A stretch of DNA of 61,897 nucleotides, counting the filler, from Squatina squatina (taxonomy: Eukaryota): assembly GCA_031763465.1 (NCBI GenBank). It is 4 parts of 4 records of this genome, joined end to end, with 100 filler letters (N's around TTAATTAATTAA, not from the genome) between each part and the next. Parts side by side here need not be neighbours in the genome. Positions count along the whole stretch, not along the records: positions 48,626 to 61,897 come from JARFOE010000189.1; 3 more parts are not named here. One strand, given 5' to 3'. A program made the position numbers and the translations under genes. Below the pieces are notes generated by a model. The model saw only the letters and a program-made list of their open reading frames with translations, was not told the origin of the DNA and made no database searches. Shown here in pieces: positions 48,626 through 61,875 of the stretch (positions are counted from its first letter, which is position 1; each line of letters starts with the position of its first letter).

Positions 48626-50431
48626 CAGTGTATCTGTCCCCAAGATCAGTATATCTCTCCCCTAGATCAGTATATCTCTCCCCTAGATCAGTGTATCTGT
48701 CCCCTAGATCAGTGTATCTGTCCCCAAGATCAGTATATCTCTCCCCTAGATCAAGTGTATCTGTCCCCAAGATCAGTATATCTCTCCCCTAGATCAGTGT
48801 ATCTGTCCCCAAGATCAGTATATCTCTCCCCTAGATCAGTGTATCCGTGCTCTAGATCAGTGTTTTCATCCCCTTGGATCACAGTATCTGTCCACCGATA
48901 TCAGCTTCTGTCCCCTAGATAATTTTTTCTGTCCCCTGGATCAGTATATCTGACTCCCTAGATCAGTGTATCTGACCCCTAGATCATTGAATCTGTCCCC
49001 GAGGTGGGATTATCTGTCCCCTAGATCAGAGCATCTGCCCCCCTAAATCAGTGAATCTGTACCTTAGATTGGTGCATTTGTCCCCTAGGTCAGTGTATCA
49101 GTCCCCTAGATCAGTGTATCGGTCCCCTAGGTCAGTGTATCAGTCCCCTAGATCAGTGTATCTGTTCCCTAGTTCAGTAAATCTGTCCCCTAACTCAATG
49201 TACCTGTCCCCTAGATCAGTGTATCTGTTCCCTACATCAGTGTATCTGTGCCCCTAGATCAGTGTTTCTGCCCCTCTAGTTCAGTGTATCAGCCCCCTGG
49301 TTCAGTGTATCGCTCCCCTCAATCAGTGTGTCTGTCCCCTGGCTCAGTGTATCCGTTCCCTGCATCAGTGTATCTGTGCCCCTAGATCAGTGTATCTGTC
49401 CCCTAAATCAGTGCATCTGTCCCCTAGATCAGAGTATTTGTCCCCCTAGATCAGTGTGTCCGTGCTCCAGATCAGTGTTTTCATCCACTTGGATCAAAGT
49501 ATCTGTCTCCCGATATCACAGATTCTGTCTCCAAGATTAAGGTATGTGTCACCCTCAATCAGTGTATCTGTCACCTGGATCAGTGTATCTGTCCCATAGA
49601 TCACTGTAACTCTCCTCGAGATCAGTGAATCTGTCCCCGAGGTGGGATTATCTGTTTCCTAGATCAGAGTATCTGCCCCCCTAAATCAAAGAACCTGTAT
49701 CTTAGATTGGTGCATTTGTCCCCTAGATCAGTGTATCTGTCTGTTAGATCAGTGTATCTGTCTCCCTAGATCAGTGTTTCGGTCCCCTAGATCAATGTAT
49801 CTGTCTCCCAAGATCAGTGTATCTGTCCCCTAGATCAGTGTGTCCGTGCTCTAGATCAGTGTTTTCATCCCCTTGGATCAAAGTATCTGTCTCCCGATAT
49901 CACAGATTCCGTCGCCTGGATTATTCTTTCTATCCCCTGGATCAGTGTATCTGTCTCCCTAGATCATTGCATCTGACCCCTAGATCATTGTATCTCTCCC
50001 TTAGATCAGTGTATCTGCCCCTCTAGTTCAGTGTATCTGCCCCCTGGTTCAGTGTATCGCTCCCCTCAATCAGTGTGTCTGTCCCCTGGATCAGTGTATC
50101 TGTCCCCTCAATCAGTGTGTCTGTCCCCTGGATCAGTGTATCTGTCCCTCGAGATCAGTGTGTCTGTCCCCTGGATCAGTGTATCGGTCCCTCTAGATCA
50201 ATGTATGGCTCCCCTGGATCAGTGTGTCTGTCCCCTGGATCAGTGTATCGCTCCCCTCAATCAGTGTGTCTGTCCCCTGGATCAATGTATCGCTCCCCTC
50301 AATCAGTGTGTCTGTCCCCTGGATCAGTGTATCTGTTCCCTAGATCAGTGTATCTGTCTCCCTAGATCAGTGTATCTTTCTCCCTAGATCAGAGTATCTG
50401 TTCCCTACATCCGTGTATCTCTGCCCCTAGA
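48626..50431. repeat. 21-bp minisatellite, consensus about CTAGATCAGTGTATCTGTCCC
   Basis: Tandem units; spurious ORFs show 7-aa periodicity (DLGERYT, SPRSVYL). Confidence 0.96.
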
Positions 50432-50531
50432 NNNNNNNNNNNNNNNNNNNNNNNNNNNNNNNNNNNNNNNNNNNNNNNNNNNNNNNNNNNNNNNNNNNNN
50501 NNNNNNNNNNNNNNNNNNNNNNNNNNNNNNN

Positions 50532-50745
50532 GAGAGAGAGACCCCGAGAGACAGAGTGAGACAGAGACAATCAGAGAGAGAGAGAGACTCAGGGAGGGAC
50601 AGAGAGAATCAGAGAGTATCAGAGAGAGAGAGAGAATCAGAGAAGGAGTGAGAGAATCAGAGCGAGGGAGAGAGGGAAAGAGATAAATTAAACAGGGAAG
50701 AGGAGAAAAGACCAGGAAGAAAAGGAGAAATAAAAGAAAATGAGA
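50532..50745. repeat. GA-rich low-complexity tract
   Basis: Read directly from the sequence. Confidence 0.9.
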
Positions 50746-51355
50746 ACAAATTGTAATTCTGCAGCCTTGTTTCACAAAGCCTTGTTGACGAGCCTGCGTC
50801 CATGCTCCTGATTAGATCCCTGCCCCCCTCCGAGTCCCACTGAGGAGTCGTCAGGTATCTGATTGGAGCTGATAGGTGTCAAACACAATGAAGGGGAAGT
50901 ACATGAGATGCCATCAGTGTGGGGTGTGGAGCATTAATCACGCGACAGATGACAGTAATTTAAATTACATTACATTTCCATCTTTATCCAGTTAGTACGA
51001 GTCTCAGTGCTACCGTTCAGTGGGGAGTTTGGTGCATGTGAACAGCACCAGGACGGACGAGGCTAGTCAGAGGGTTCGGCTGTACCAAAACGGTAAACAG
51101 AATCTGTTGGTTCACCGATTCTGACTGGACATCCGCCTGCTAATCGTTATAACTGCAAGGGAGGGAACATATGTACAGGAGGAGGCCATTCAGCCCCTCG
51201 AGCCTNNNNNNNNNNNNNNNNNNNNNNNNNNNNNNNNNNNNNNNNNNNNNNNNNNNNNNNNNNNNNNNNNNNNNNNNNNNNNNNNNNNNNNNNNNNNNNN
51301 NNNNNAGCTCGAAGGGCTGAATGGCCTATTCCTGCTCCTAGTTTCTATGTTTCTA

Positions 51356-52514
51356 TGGATGAATGTTTCAGCAGATCAGCTGAGGCGGGGTAGGGACGGG
51401 GCGATATATGCCGCGGATATGTGTTTGGAAGCTCATTTCAGTGTCAAATATGACACCAAGGTTGCGAATAGTGTGGTTCAGCCTCAGACAGATATTAGGG
51501 AGAGGAATGGAGTTTGTAGCAGGGACCGAGAACAATGGCTTTGGCCTTCTCAATATTTAATTGGAGAAAATTTCTGCTCATCCAGAACTGGTCTGACAAT
51601 TAGAGACAGTGGAGGGGCCAAATAAAAGTGGTGAGGTAGAGCTTGGTGTCGTCAGCGTACATGTGGAAACACTGTTTTCGGATGATATCGCCAAAGGGCA
51701 TATAGGAGGGGACCAAGGTTAGATCCTTGCAGAACACCAGAGGTAATGACGCAGGAACATGCAGTTGATTCTCTGGCTACGATTTGATAGATAAGAATGA
51801 AACCAGGCGAGTGCAGTTCCACCCAGCTGGATGACGGTGGAGAAGCGTTGAAGGAGGATGGCGTGATCATTCGTGTCAAAGGCTGCAGACAGGTCAAGAA
51901 GGACGAGGAGGGATAATTTACCTTTGTCACAGTCACAAAGTATGTCATTTGTGATATTGATGAGAGCCGTTTCAGTAATGTGGCAGGGGCGGAAACCTGA
52001 CTGGCGTGATTCAAATATGGAGTCACGAGAAAGATGGGCATGGATTTGGTAGACGACAACACGTTCAAGGTCTTTGGAGTGGAAAGGGAGGTTGGAGATG
52101 GGGCGGTAATTTGCAAGGACAGAGGGGGCAAGGGTTTTTTTTTGAGAAGATGATGGCAGATTTGAGGGGAGAGAACCATTAACAATGTCAGCTAACATTG
52201 GAGACAGAAAAGGAATTTGGGTGGTCAGCAGTTTGCTGGGAATAGGGTTGAGCAGGAAGTGGGTCTCAAGGACAAGATGAGTGTGGAGAACTCATAGGGA
52301 GAGATCGGAGAGAAACTGGAGAAAGATTCGAGTTCAGGACGAGGGCAGGGGCCAACTTAGAGGAAGTTTGGTCCAGTGGCTAAGGGCAGGAAGGGAAGAG
52401 GCGGCTGAACGGATGGTCTCAATCTTAGCGACAAAGAAGTCCATGAGCTCCCCACACTGGTTGGAGATGAGGGTGGAGGAGACAGGGGAGAGGGGTTTAA
52501 GAAGATGGTTAGCA
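51356..52514 (-). mobile_element. L2 LINE RT region
   Basis: NYRPISNLPF, QSGFRPCHITETAL, LLDLSAAFDT, SGVLQGSNLGPLL, YADD, RNLGVIFD. Confidence 0.95.
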
Positions 52515-53416
52515 NNNNNNNNNNNNNNNNNNNNNNNNNNNNNNNNNNNNNNNNNNNNNNNNNNNNNNNNNNNNNNNNNNNNNNNNNNNNNNNNNNNNNN
52601 NNNNNNNNNNNNNNATGGCCTCCTTCTGTGCTGTAACTTTCTATGATTCTATGAAATGTATGTCATTGGCTGTAAAGCGCTTTGGGTCCTGTAAGGTGAT
52701 TTAAAAATGTATGCTTGTGTCTTTCATTATTAAATTGTTGCTGGTAGTTCTTCCCTCTTATCGGTGGGATCAGCCTCTGTACCCATTCTGGGGCCTGATT
52801 GCTCCCTGATGGTGAGGGGGAGGGGACTGGAGAGGGTCTCCAATTGGCCCCTGTGATGTATGTGGTGAGTCCCACTGTTGGAGGGCACTTCAACAAACAA
52901 GCAGATTGTTGTTCGAACACTTTATGGCCTGACTGTTCCTGGCAGATGTGAACAAAAAAAACCCAGTGAAATTGTTCAGCTTAAGTGGGTTTTATGAGTG
53001 TTTTTCCCCAGAGCTTGGTGACAACTGCAGGCATGGATGCCACACATGTTGTCCAGGACTCACTGGGGAGAAATAAAAGACTTTTATCCGATGTTCAGCC
53101 CTGCCCGTGACACACACACAAACTAACGGGAGACATCTTAACTTCTTGTAACCTTGTCTCTGTGACACACACACACACACACACACACTCCCAGCTCCAG
53201 TCAATGGGTAGAGATCAGGAGCCGGGTCTCAGGCTGCCTTTTGGCTTTCAGTCGAAGGGGTGTTGCAATTGGAGTGCCCCGAGGAGCCCTGCATGCACAC
53301 ATCGAACCCGCAACCTTCTGGGTCAATAAGGTTCAGCTACGCACACAAGCACATTTCAACAATGGCCACCAGGTATGTGATCAGGGGCAGGAGCCCTGTC
53401 TCCCATTGAACTATCC

Positions 53417-53846
53417 AATGGCTCATTGGGTAGCACTCTCACCTCTGATGTCAGACAGGTTGTGGGTTCATAGTCTCACTCCAGAGACTTGAGCACAAAA
53501 TCCAGGCTGACACTCCAGTGCAGTGCTGAGGGAGTGCTACACTGTCTTTTGGTTGCTAGGCCCTCTCAGGTGGATGTAAATGATCCAATTATACTATTTC
53601 GAAGAAGCGCGGTGGAGTTCTCCTCGCTGTCCTGGGCCAATATTTATCCATCATCCAACATCACCAAAACAGATTACCTGCTCATTATCACATTGCTGTT
53701 TGTGGGAGCTTGCTGTGCACAAATTGGCTGCCGCGTTTCCTACATTACAACATTGACTACATTCCAAATGTACTTCATTGGCTATAAGGCACTTTGAAAC
53801 ATCCTGAGGTTGGGAAAGGTGCTGTATAAATGGAAGTTTTTTTTTA
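53417..53846 (+). mobile_element. Deu-domain SINE (SacSINE1-like)
   Basis: tRNA-like head TGGCTCATTGGGTAGCAC..GGGTTCA, Deu core, L2-like tail. Confidence 0.85.
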
Positions 53847-54561
53847 TTGTACAAAGCTTGCCAAGTTCAACAACTTTTAGATCAAGGCTGGTAATGGAAT
53901 GGGTGGCAAAATTGTGTTGCAAGCTGAAGCAGTTTTGCTACTTATATGAGGGGGAAAAGTTAAATCCAATGCAATACAATGAAGAAACTATAATCCTGCT
54001 TTAGCCTCAAGGTAAGCAAAGAGATTAGTTTTCTGGAATCCTGTTACTCAAGCAATGGTGTGAGAGAGAGAGATAGATATCACTGATACTGTTTTGAAAG
54101 TACACCTCATGGTTTTATTAGATAGTGGTGGTGTGGGGTGGGGCGGGGGAGGTGCAGATTTGCATGACAGTTAATAAATCAAATTCCACAATAAAGAGTA
54201 TGCAGATGCGAAGCTCAGCAGAAACCTGCTTGGAGACTAAATTGGATTTATAAAGACTGAAAGGCACTGAGATTCCATGGGGCTCGGTCTCCTGCTGTAA
54301 CTTTGGGTTATACCATTTTTGTTGTGGAGGGAGGGAGCCTTGCAGTTAGAGTTATGGCAAGAGACTGGGAGAACCCCCTGGAATTTCAATGCCAGAATTC
54401 CTTGAGGTTTTTATCGCTTGAGATTGGGGAGATAATGGTCCTGAAATTGCGATCGGAGGCTNNNNNNNNNNNNNNNNNNNNNNNNNNNNNNNNNNNNNNN
54501 NNNNNNNNNNNNNNNNNNNNNNNNNNNNNNNNNNNNNNNNNNNNNNNNNNNNNNNNNNNNN

Positions 54562-55592
54562 AAAGTGATCCACGTTGTCCAAGGACTCGCTGTGGATCTT
54601 GATAGTCGGGGGGCAGTGTTGTGTGGTGGGAGCAAGTTGGTAAAGGACCTTTGTCTTTTGGATGTTTAGTGTAAGGCCCGTTCTCTTGCAAGCTTCAGTG
54701 AAGGAATCAACGATGGATTAGAGCTCGGCCTCCAAGTGTGCTTATACGCAAGCACTGGTGACAGAGGTTGGAGTGATCTTAGTTCTGGACTGGATGCGAT
54801 GGAGGTTGGTCTTCCTGGAGATTAGCTCCACTCCAGCGGGGAACTTCTTAGAGATGGGGTGAAGTGTTGCGGCAAGGAAGATTGAGAAGAGTGTTGGTGC
54901 AATGACACAGCCTTGCTTGACCCCCGTTTGCACTTGTATTGGGTCTGTGATGGATCCATTGATGAGAATCACGGCTTGCATGTCATCGTAGGGCAGGTGG
55001 AGGATGGTGACAAATTTTTGAGGACAGCCAAATTTGTGAAAGCCTTTGTGAGGTCAATGAAGACCATGTACAGAGGGTGATGCTGCTCCCTACATTTTTC
55101 TTGGTCTTGCCGCGCGCTGAAGATCATGTCCAATGCGCATTTTAATGGGCAGAATCCGCATTGTGACTCTGGGAGGAGCTCTTCAGCCACTGTGAGGAGA
55201 TGGTTGAGGAGGATTCTTGCGATGACCTTCCCTGTGGCAGACAGCAGGGAAACCCCTCTGTAGTTTCCGCAATCGGACTTGCCTCCTTTACTGAAAATGG
55301 TCACGATTACGGCATCTCTGAGATTCCCTGGCATGCTCTCCTACTCCCAGAAAAGGGAGATGAGGTCATGGATTCATGCCAAGAGTGCCTCTCCACCATA
55401 TTTTAATGTTCGGCGGGTATTCCGTCTGTGCCAGGGGCCTTGTTGTTTTTCTGCTGTCGTATGGCCTTTTCAACCTCATGTCACGCTGGGGTCGTGCTGA
55501 GGTAGTGGTGGGTAGGATGCTGTGGGATGGAATCAAGGGCACTCACGTAGAAGACCAAGGAGTTTCTTGAAGTGCTCCTTCCAGCGGGTGCT
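54562..55592 (-). mobile_element. RTE LINE RT fragment
   Basis: CGNYRGVSLLS, LPESQCGF, DLTKAF, GVKQGCVIAPTLF. Confidence 0.94.
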
Positions 55593-55759
55593 TAGGAGGA
55601 AGTGTAAGGCTTGGGAATGGGCAGAAATAATACCAATAAAAGCCAAACTTCTTTCCAGGTCTCCCAAAGCCTTTATTGCTCACCCACCCCATGCTGGAAC
55701 AACCATGTACCACAATACCCTGTCAATGTCACATTCCCTCTCCTCTGCCCCTCCCACTA

Positions 55760-56150
55760 TGCTTGATTTATATAGCACCTTTAAAGTGTCCCAACGCATT
55801 TCCCAGGAGCGATTATCAAAGAAAACTTTATACCCAGCCTCAGAAGGAGATAATGTGACAGGGGTCAAAGAGGTAGGTTTTAAGGAGCGTCTTAAAGGAG
55901 ATAGAGAAGTAGAGGGGAGGAGAGGTTTAGGGAGGAAATTCTAGAACTTAGAACCTAGACAGTTGGAGGCAAAGCCGCCAGTGGTGGAGTGATGAAAATC
56001 GGGGATGCAGCAAGAGGCCAGAATGGGAGGAGCGCAGAGATCTTGAAGGGTTGTAGAGCTGGGGGAGTCTACAGAGATAGGGTGGGGCGAGGCCATGGAG
56101 GGATTTGAACACCAGGATGAGAATTTTAAAATTGAGGCCTTGCCGGACCG
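55760..56150 (-). mobile_element. L2 LINE 3' end
   Basis: Same family as 32258-32642. Confidence 0.85.
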
Positions 56151-57006
56151 AAAGCCCTCACTCCTTTATATATTTGGTGGTTGCAGCTTTAAAACTGACG
56201 TGATGGATTTTGGTCACTAGCCAGAAAGTATTTATCACGGGCACTGTGCAGGACATAACATAGGATGTGAATGTGTACAGTTAGGGTAAAAATGCCCAAT
56301 ACAGTGTATAAGTCTGGTGAAAATCACTCATTTAAAGGAATGTAAAGTGAAAATATTTCATTGACGGTGGATAGCAAAAGAATGACATCCCCTCTCCTGT
56401 TCTGTAATGGTGACTCCTCAAACAGCTGGTGCCAGTGTGTTAAATTAGGAATAAACTCATTTTTTGAACCACGGTGACTTACTTCAAGGGCTTTGCAAGT
56501 GGGGCAGCAATCGCTGATTGCAGACACAAGTCCTTTTCAGTTCTATTGCCGGTTCCTCCCTGCCCCCTTGCCATGAATATTAACTCTTGTTGCTGCTGTT
56601 GTACATTGTGCCCTCTGACCTTCAGTAGCCAACCCTACTTACAGTCAGAGCCAGGCATAGTCAGCGGAGCAGTTCTTTGTTGCTGCGATTCCACTTTAAC
56701 CTGTGCCTTGCGCCACAGTGCACATCCAGTGAACAATGCCACCTTCATTCGGAAGGGGCTCAACCTGTACCCACACACGCACACGCCATTGTGTTTCTCT
56801 GTAACTGTATTTTTCTCTCTTTCTTCCTCACTGCACCATTGTGGTCGTTCGTTAATGTGAGCAGAACCTAACAAATTTGGGAACCATGCCAGTAGTGTTT
56901 TCAGACTTTTATTTTTCTTGCTTACAGCCTTGCGGTGCTGTGAAGGAATGTTCACAAATCTTCAAAAATCGAAGAAAGATCACCGCAGAGGAGCACAAAC
57001 TTTCCC

Positions 57007-57327
57007 AGCTCTCGTCTCCGAGTCAGAAAGTCATGGGTTCAAGTTCCGCTCCCAGAGACTTGAGAGCACAAAATCCAGGCTGACACTCCCAATGTGGTAC
57101 TGAGGGAGTCCCGCACTGCCGGAGGTGCCGTCTTTCGGATGAGACGTTAACCCAAGGCCCCTCTCGGGTGGTTGCAAAACATCCCGGGGCACTATTTTAA
57201 AGAAGAGCAGGGGAGTTCTCCTCGGCATCCTGGCCAATATTTATCCCTCAACCAACGTCACTAAAAGCAGCTGATCTGATGATTAATCTCATTGCTGCTT
57301 GTGAGATCCAAATTGTACTTAAATTGG
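57007..57327 (+). mobile_element. Deu-domain SINE (SacSINE1-like)
   Basis: Clear Deu core GGAGGTGCCGTCTTTCGGATGAGACGTTAA..GAAGAGCAGGGGAGTTCTC..CCTGGCCAATATTTATCCCTCAACCAAC. Confidence 0.9.
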
Positions 57328-57427
57328 NNNNNNNNNNNNNNNNNNNNNNNNNNNNNNNNNNNNNNNNNNNNNNNNNNNNNNNNNNNNNNNNNNNNNNNNN
57401 NNNNNNNNNNNNNNNNNNNNNNNNNNN

Positions 57428-58459
57428 GATGGAGAACAGCGTCGGTGCGATGACACAGCCTTGTTTGACCCCAGTATGCACTTGAATTGGGTCTGTGGTT
57501 GAACCGTTGGTGAGGATTACGGCTTGCATATCATTATGGAGCAGGCAGAGGATGGTGACAAATTTGAGAACACTCAATAATCCCTCCAAGTTGACAGAGT
57601 CGAAGGCCTTCATAAGGTCAAAGAAGGCCACGTACAGAGGTCTCTGCACTTTTCTTAGATTTGCCGCGCGCTGAAAATCATGTCCGTTGTGCCTCTGGAT
57701 GGGCGGAATCCGCATTGTGACTCTGGGAGGAGTTCTTCAGCCACAGGAAGGAGATGGTTGAGGAGGATTCTTGCGATGACCTTCTCTCTGGCGGACAGCA
57801 GGGAATCGGACTTGTCTCCTTTCTTGAAGATGGTCATGATTATTGTGTCTTTCAGATCTCCTGGCATGCTCTCCTCCTCCCAGATAAGGGAGATGAGGTC
57901 ATGAACTTGTGCCACGAGTGCCTCTCCACCGTATTTTAGTATTCGGCGGGGATTCCGTCTGCGCCGGAGGCCTTGATGTTTTTCAGCTGCCGGATGGCCT
58001 TTTCAACCTAGTGTCGGGCAGGAGCTGTGCTGAGATCGTGGTGGGCAGGATGCTGTGGGATGGAATCGAGGGCTCGGACATTGAGGACCGAGTCTTGGTT
58101 GAGGAGTTCGTTGAAGTGCTCCTTCCAGCGGGCGCTGACTGCCTCTCTGTCCTTGATGAGCACGTCTTTGTTCTTAGCTCTCAACGAGGTAGGTCCTTGG
58201 GTGTTTGGGCTGTAAATTGTCTTGACTGCGCTGAAGAATCCACGCATATTGTGGTTGTCGGCGAGTTGCTGGATCTCCTGTGCTCTTTCAACCCACCATC
58301 TGTTCTTTAGGTCCCGTGTTTTTTGTTGGACCTCGGCCTTTGTCTGTAGACCTGTTTTCTTTTCTTTGAGCTTTCGTGGTGCTTCCAGTTCAAGAATGCC
58401 TTGCGTTAGTGATTTAACAGCTCCTAGATCTCCTGGTCGTTCTTGTCAAACCAGTCTTG
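57428..58459 (-). mobile_element. RTE LINE fragment
   Basis: DREAVSARWKEHF, LPESQCGFRPSRGT, FFDLMKAFDSV, GVKQGCVIAPTLF. Confidence 0.94.
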
Positions 58460-58559
58460 NNNNNNNNNNNNNNNNNNNNNNNNNNNNNNNNNNNNNNNNN
58501 NNNNNNNNNNNNNNNNNNNNNNNNNNNNNNNNNNNNNNNNNNNNNNNNNNNNNNNNNNN

Positions 58560-59898
58560 CAAACTTGAGGAGAACACTCCATAATCCCTCCCGGTTGACA
58601 GAGTCGAAGGCCTTCCTAAGGTCAAAGAAGGCCATGTACAGAGGTTGACCTGCACTTTTCTTGGATTTGGCGTGCACTGAAAATCATGTCCATTTGCCTC
58701 TTGATGGGCGTAAACCGCAGTGACTCAGGGAGGAGCTCTTCAGCCACTGGCAGGAGGCGACCGAGGAGGATTCTTGCGATGACCTTCCCTGTGGCGGACA
58801 GCACGGAGACCCCTCTGTAGTTTCCGCAATAGGACTTGTCTCCTTTCTTGAAGATGGTCACGATGTCTCTGAAATCCCCTGGCATGCTCTCCTCCTCCCA
58901 GATGAGGGCGATGGGGTCATGGATTCGTGCCATGTGTACCTCTCTGCCGCATTTTAGTATTTCAGTGGGGATTCTGTCTGTGCTGGAGGACTTGTTGTTT
59001 TTCAGCTGTGGAATGACCTTTTCAAGCTCGTGTCGGGCAGGAGTTGTGCTGAGATAGTTGTAGGTAGGATGCTGTGGGGTGGAATCAAGGGCTCTCTTAT
59101 CAAGGACCAAGTCTTGGTTGAGGAGTTGCTTGAAGTGCTCCTTCCAGTGGGCGCTGACTGCCTCTATGTCCTTGATGAGCACCTCTCCCATTCTTAGCTC
59201 TCAGCAGGGTAGGTCTTTGGGTGTTTGGGCCGTAGATGGTCTTGGCTGCGCTGAAGAACCCACACACATTACAGTTGTCAGCAAGTTGCTGGATCTCCTG
59301 TGCTCTTTCCACCCACCATCTATTCTTTAGGTCATGGACCTTGCTGGACCTCGGCCTTCATTTACCTGTAGACCTGTTTTCTTTCCCTCGAGTTTTGGTG
59401 GTGCTTCCAATTCAAGAACACCTTGCGTTTGTGGTTTAATAGCTCCTGGATCTCTTGGTCGTTCTCATCAAATCAGTCTTAATGTTTCCTGGTAGAGAAT
59501 CCAAAAGTTTCCTTGCAGGTGCTGGCTATGGTAGACTTAAGAGAAGATCAGGCACTGTGGGCCACTCTGTGGCTCTGATTCGTTGAGCGTTGTGAGGTTT
59601 TGGCTGAGTCGGGTTTTATTCACAGGATCTTTGAATCCTACGACATTGATTTTCCTGCAGCAGTATTTCTGTTGCTGCTGTCGGTTTTGGGTCAGGTTGA
59701 TCGAAATAATAGAATGGATTAGACGGTGGTCAGTCCAGCAGTCATTGGCTCCTGTCATGGCGTGGGTGATGCGGACGTCCTTGCGGTCCCTTGCTTAAAC
59801 GATGATGTAGTTGAGCCAATGCCTGGAGCGAGGGTGTTGCCATGAGGTCTTATACTTGTCTCTCCGATGAAATAGGGTTTTGGTTATGACAAGACCCT
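58560..59898 (-). mobile_element. RTE LINE fragment (EN end to RT)
   Basis: SWQHPRSRHW, CWTDHRLI, CGNYRGVSVLS, FFDLRKAFDSV. Confidence 0.94.
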
Positions 59899-60659
59899 AG
59901 AGGCAGTCAGCACCCACTGGAAGGAGCACTTCAAGGAACTCCTCAACCAAGCCTCGGTCCTCAACGTGAGTGCCCTTGATTCTATCCCACAGCAATCTAG
60001 CCGCCACTATCTCAACACAACCCCAGCCCGACAAGTGGTTGAAAAGGCCATCCGACAGCTGAAAAATAACAAGGCCTCCAGCACAGACGAAATCCCCACT
60101 AAAATACGGCGGAGAGGCACTCTCGGCACGAATCCATGACCTCACCTCCCTTATCTAGGAAGAGGAGAGCATGCCAGGGGATCTCAGAGACGCCGTAATT
60201 GTGACCATCTTCAAGAAAGGAGACAAGTCCGATTACAGAAACTACAGAGGGGTCTCCCTGCTGTCCGCCACAGGGAACGTCGTCACAAGAATCTTCCTCA
60301 ACCGTCTCCTTCCAGTGGCTGATAAGCTCCTCCTAGAGTCACAATGTGGACTTCGCCTATCAAGAGGCACAATGGACATGATCTTCAGTGTGCAGCAAGT
60401 CCAAGAAAAGTGCAGAGAGCAGCATCAACCTCTGTACATGGCCGCCTTTGACCTCACAAAGGCGTTCGACTCTGTCAACCGGGAGGGATTATCGAGTGTC
60501 CTTCTCAAATTTGGCTGCCCACAAAAATTCATCACCATCCTTCGCCTGCTCCACAATGATACGCAAGCTGTGATCCTCACCAACGGTTCAACCATAGACC
60601 CAATACAAGTGCAAACTGGGGTCAAGCAAGTCTGTGTCATCACACCGACGCTCTTCTCC
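59899..60659 (+). mobile_element. RTE LINE RT fragment
   Basis: KKGDKSDYRNYRGVSLLS, FDLTKAFDSV, GVKQVCVITPTLFS. Confidence 0.94.
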
Positions 60660-61875
60660 CTGCTGTCTATGTACTTAAAATATGCCTCTTTCCTTACCCT
60701 CAATTGTTCCCTTGTGGCTTTATTCATCCATGGAGTCTCATTAGCATTTAGTTTGTTCTTTCCTTTTAGTGAGATATATTGTTCCTGCACTCTGCTGAAG
60801 ACCATTTTAAATGTTTCCCATTGCTGTTCTACATTGTCCTTTGCCAAAATTGTTGCCCATTTTATTTTCCTAAGTTCTATTCTCAGCCCCTCAAAATCAG
60901 TTTTTCTCCAATCTATTAACCTGTTTTTTGTCATACTTATGTCCTTCTCAATTATCATTTTAAAGAGTATTATATTATGGTCACTATTGCCTCGATGTTC
61001 CCCTACTTTCACTTTTCTTATCTGCTCTGGTTCATTCCCCGATTACTAGATCCAATAGAGAATCTTCCCTTTTTGGGTTTTTACATGTTGGGTTCGAAAA
61101 GAGTCCTTTACACATTGTCGGAACACCATTCCCTTATCCCTTTTACCTAACTCTTCCATCTAATTAATATCGGGGTAGTTGAAATGCCCCATGATTATTA
61201 TTCGATGTTTTTTATTCAATTCCCTAATTTGTTTGCATATTTCTTAGTCCACCTTCCTTCCACTGTGAGGTGGTCTGTAGGCTACACCTATTAGTGTGAT
61301 TAATTCTTTATTATCCTTTATCCCTATCCATATGGATTCTATTTTTGACTTGCTGATAGCTGCGTCCATTTTTTCGACTGCTATTACATTATTCCTGATA
61401 AGTACAGCTACACCACCTCCCGTTTTTCCCTCTCTATCTTTTCTAAATATGTTACACCCTACAATATTTAATTCCCAGTCCTGATTTTTCTGTAGCCATG
61501 TCGCAGTAATCTCTACTATGTCTGGTTCCTCCCAACACATGATCGCTCCAGTTCCCATTTATTACGGACACTGTGTGCATTGCTGTTATAGACAGTTTAA
61601 CTCATTTTTAATAGGATTTCCTCTCACTTTATGCTTAATCATCTTTTTAGACTCCTGTTCTATAACTCTATTTATTCTTTTGCCATGCTCTCTTTCCCTG
61701 TTTTGTTTACATTTAGGCTGTTTACGTTTCTTTTAGATCCCTCCCCTATCTTACTAGTTTAAAGCCTTTCTCACCTCCCTACTTACCATTTCTGCTAGGA
61801 CACAGGTCCCATCCCAGTTCAGGTGGAGCCCATCCTATCGGTACAGCTCCTTCCTCTCCCAGAACTGGTGCTTGT
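60660..61875 (-). mobile_element. CR1 LINE: ORF1 esterase C-terminus, spacer and ORF2 APE endonuclease
   Basis: ORF1 LYR*DGLHLNWDGT..KALN* (SGNH-type DxxH); ORF2 PDIVEITATWL, RKDREGKTGGGVA, YRPP, SDHN. Confidence 0.92.

Noticed and set aside
48570-50387. Repetitive SPRSVYL / DLGERYT / PLDQCIC proteins
   Set aside because: Translations of a 21-bp minisatellite; frames break wherever unit length varies.
51165-51355. Inverted CR1 tails as a hairpin or TIR element
   Set aside because: They flank a 100-N gap; probably two contig ends terminating in the same abundant repeat.
60171-61049. 292-aa ORF as a novel RT-membrane protein fusion
   Set aside because: The RTE RT frame reads through at about 60660 into the antisense strand of a CR1; the hydrophobic tail is an artefact. 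The same applies to the 195-aa minus-strand ORF.
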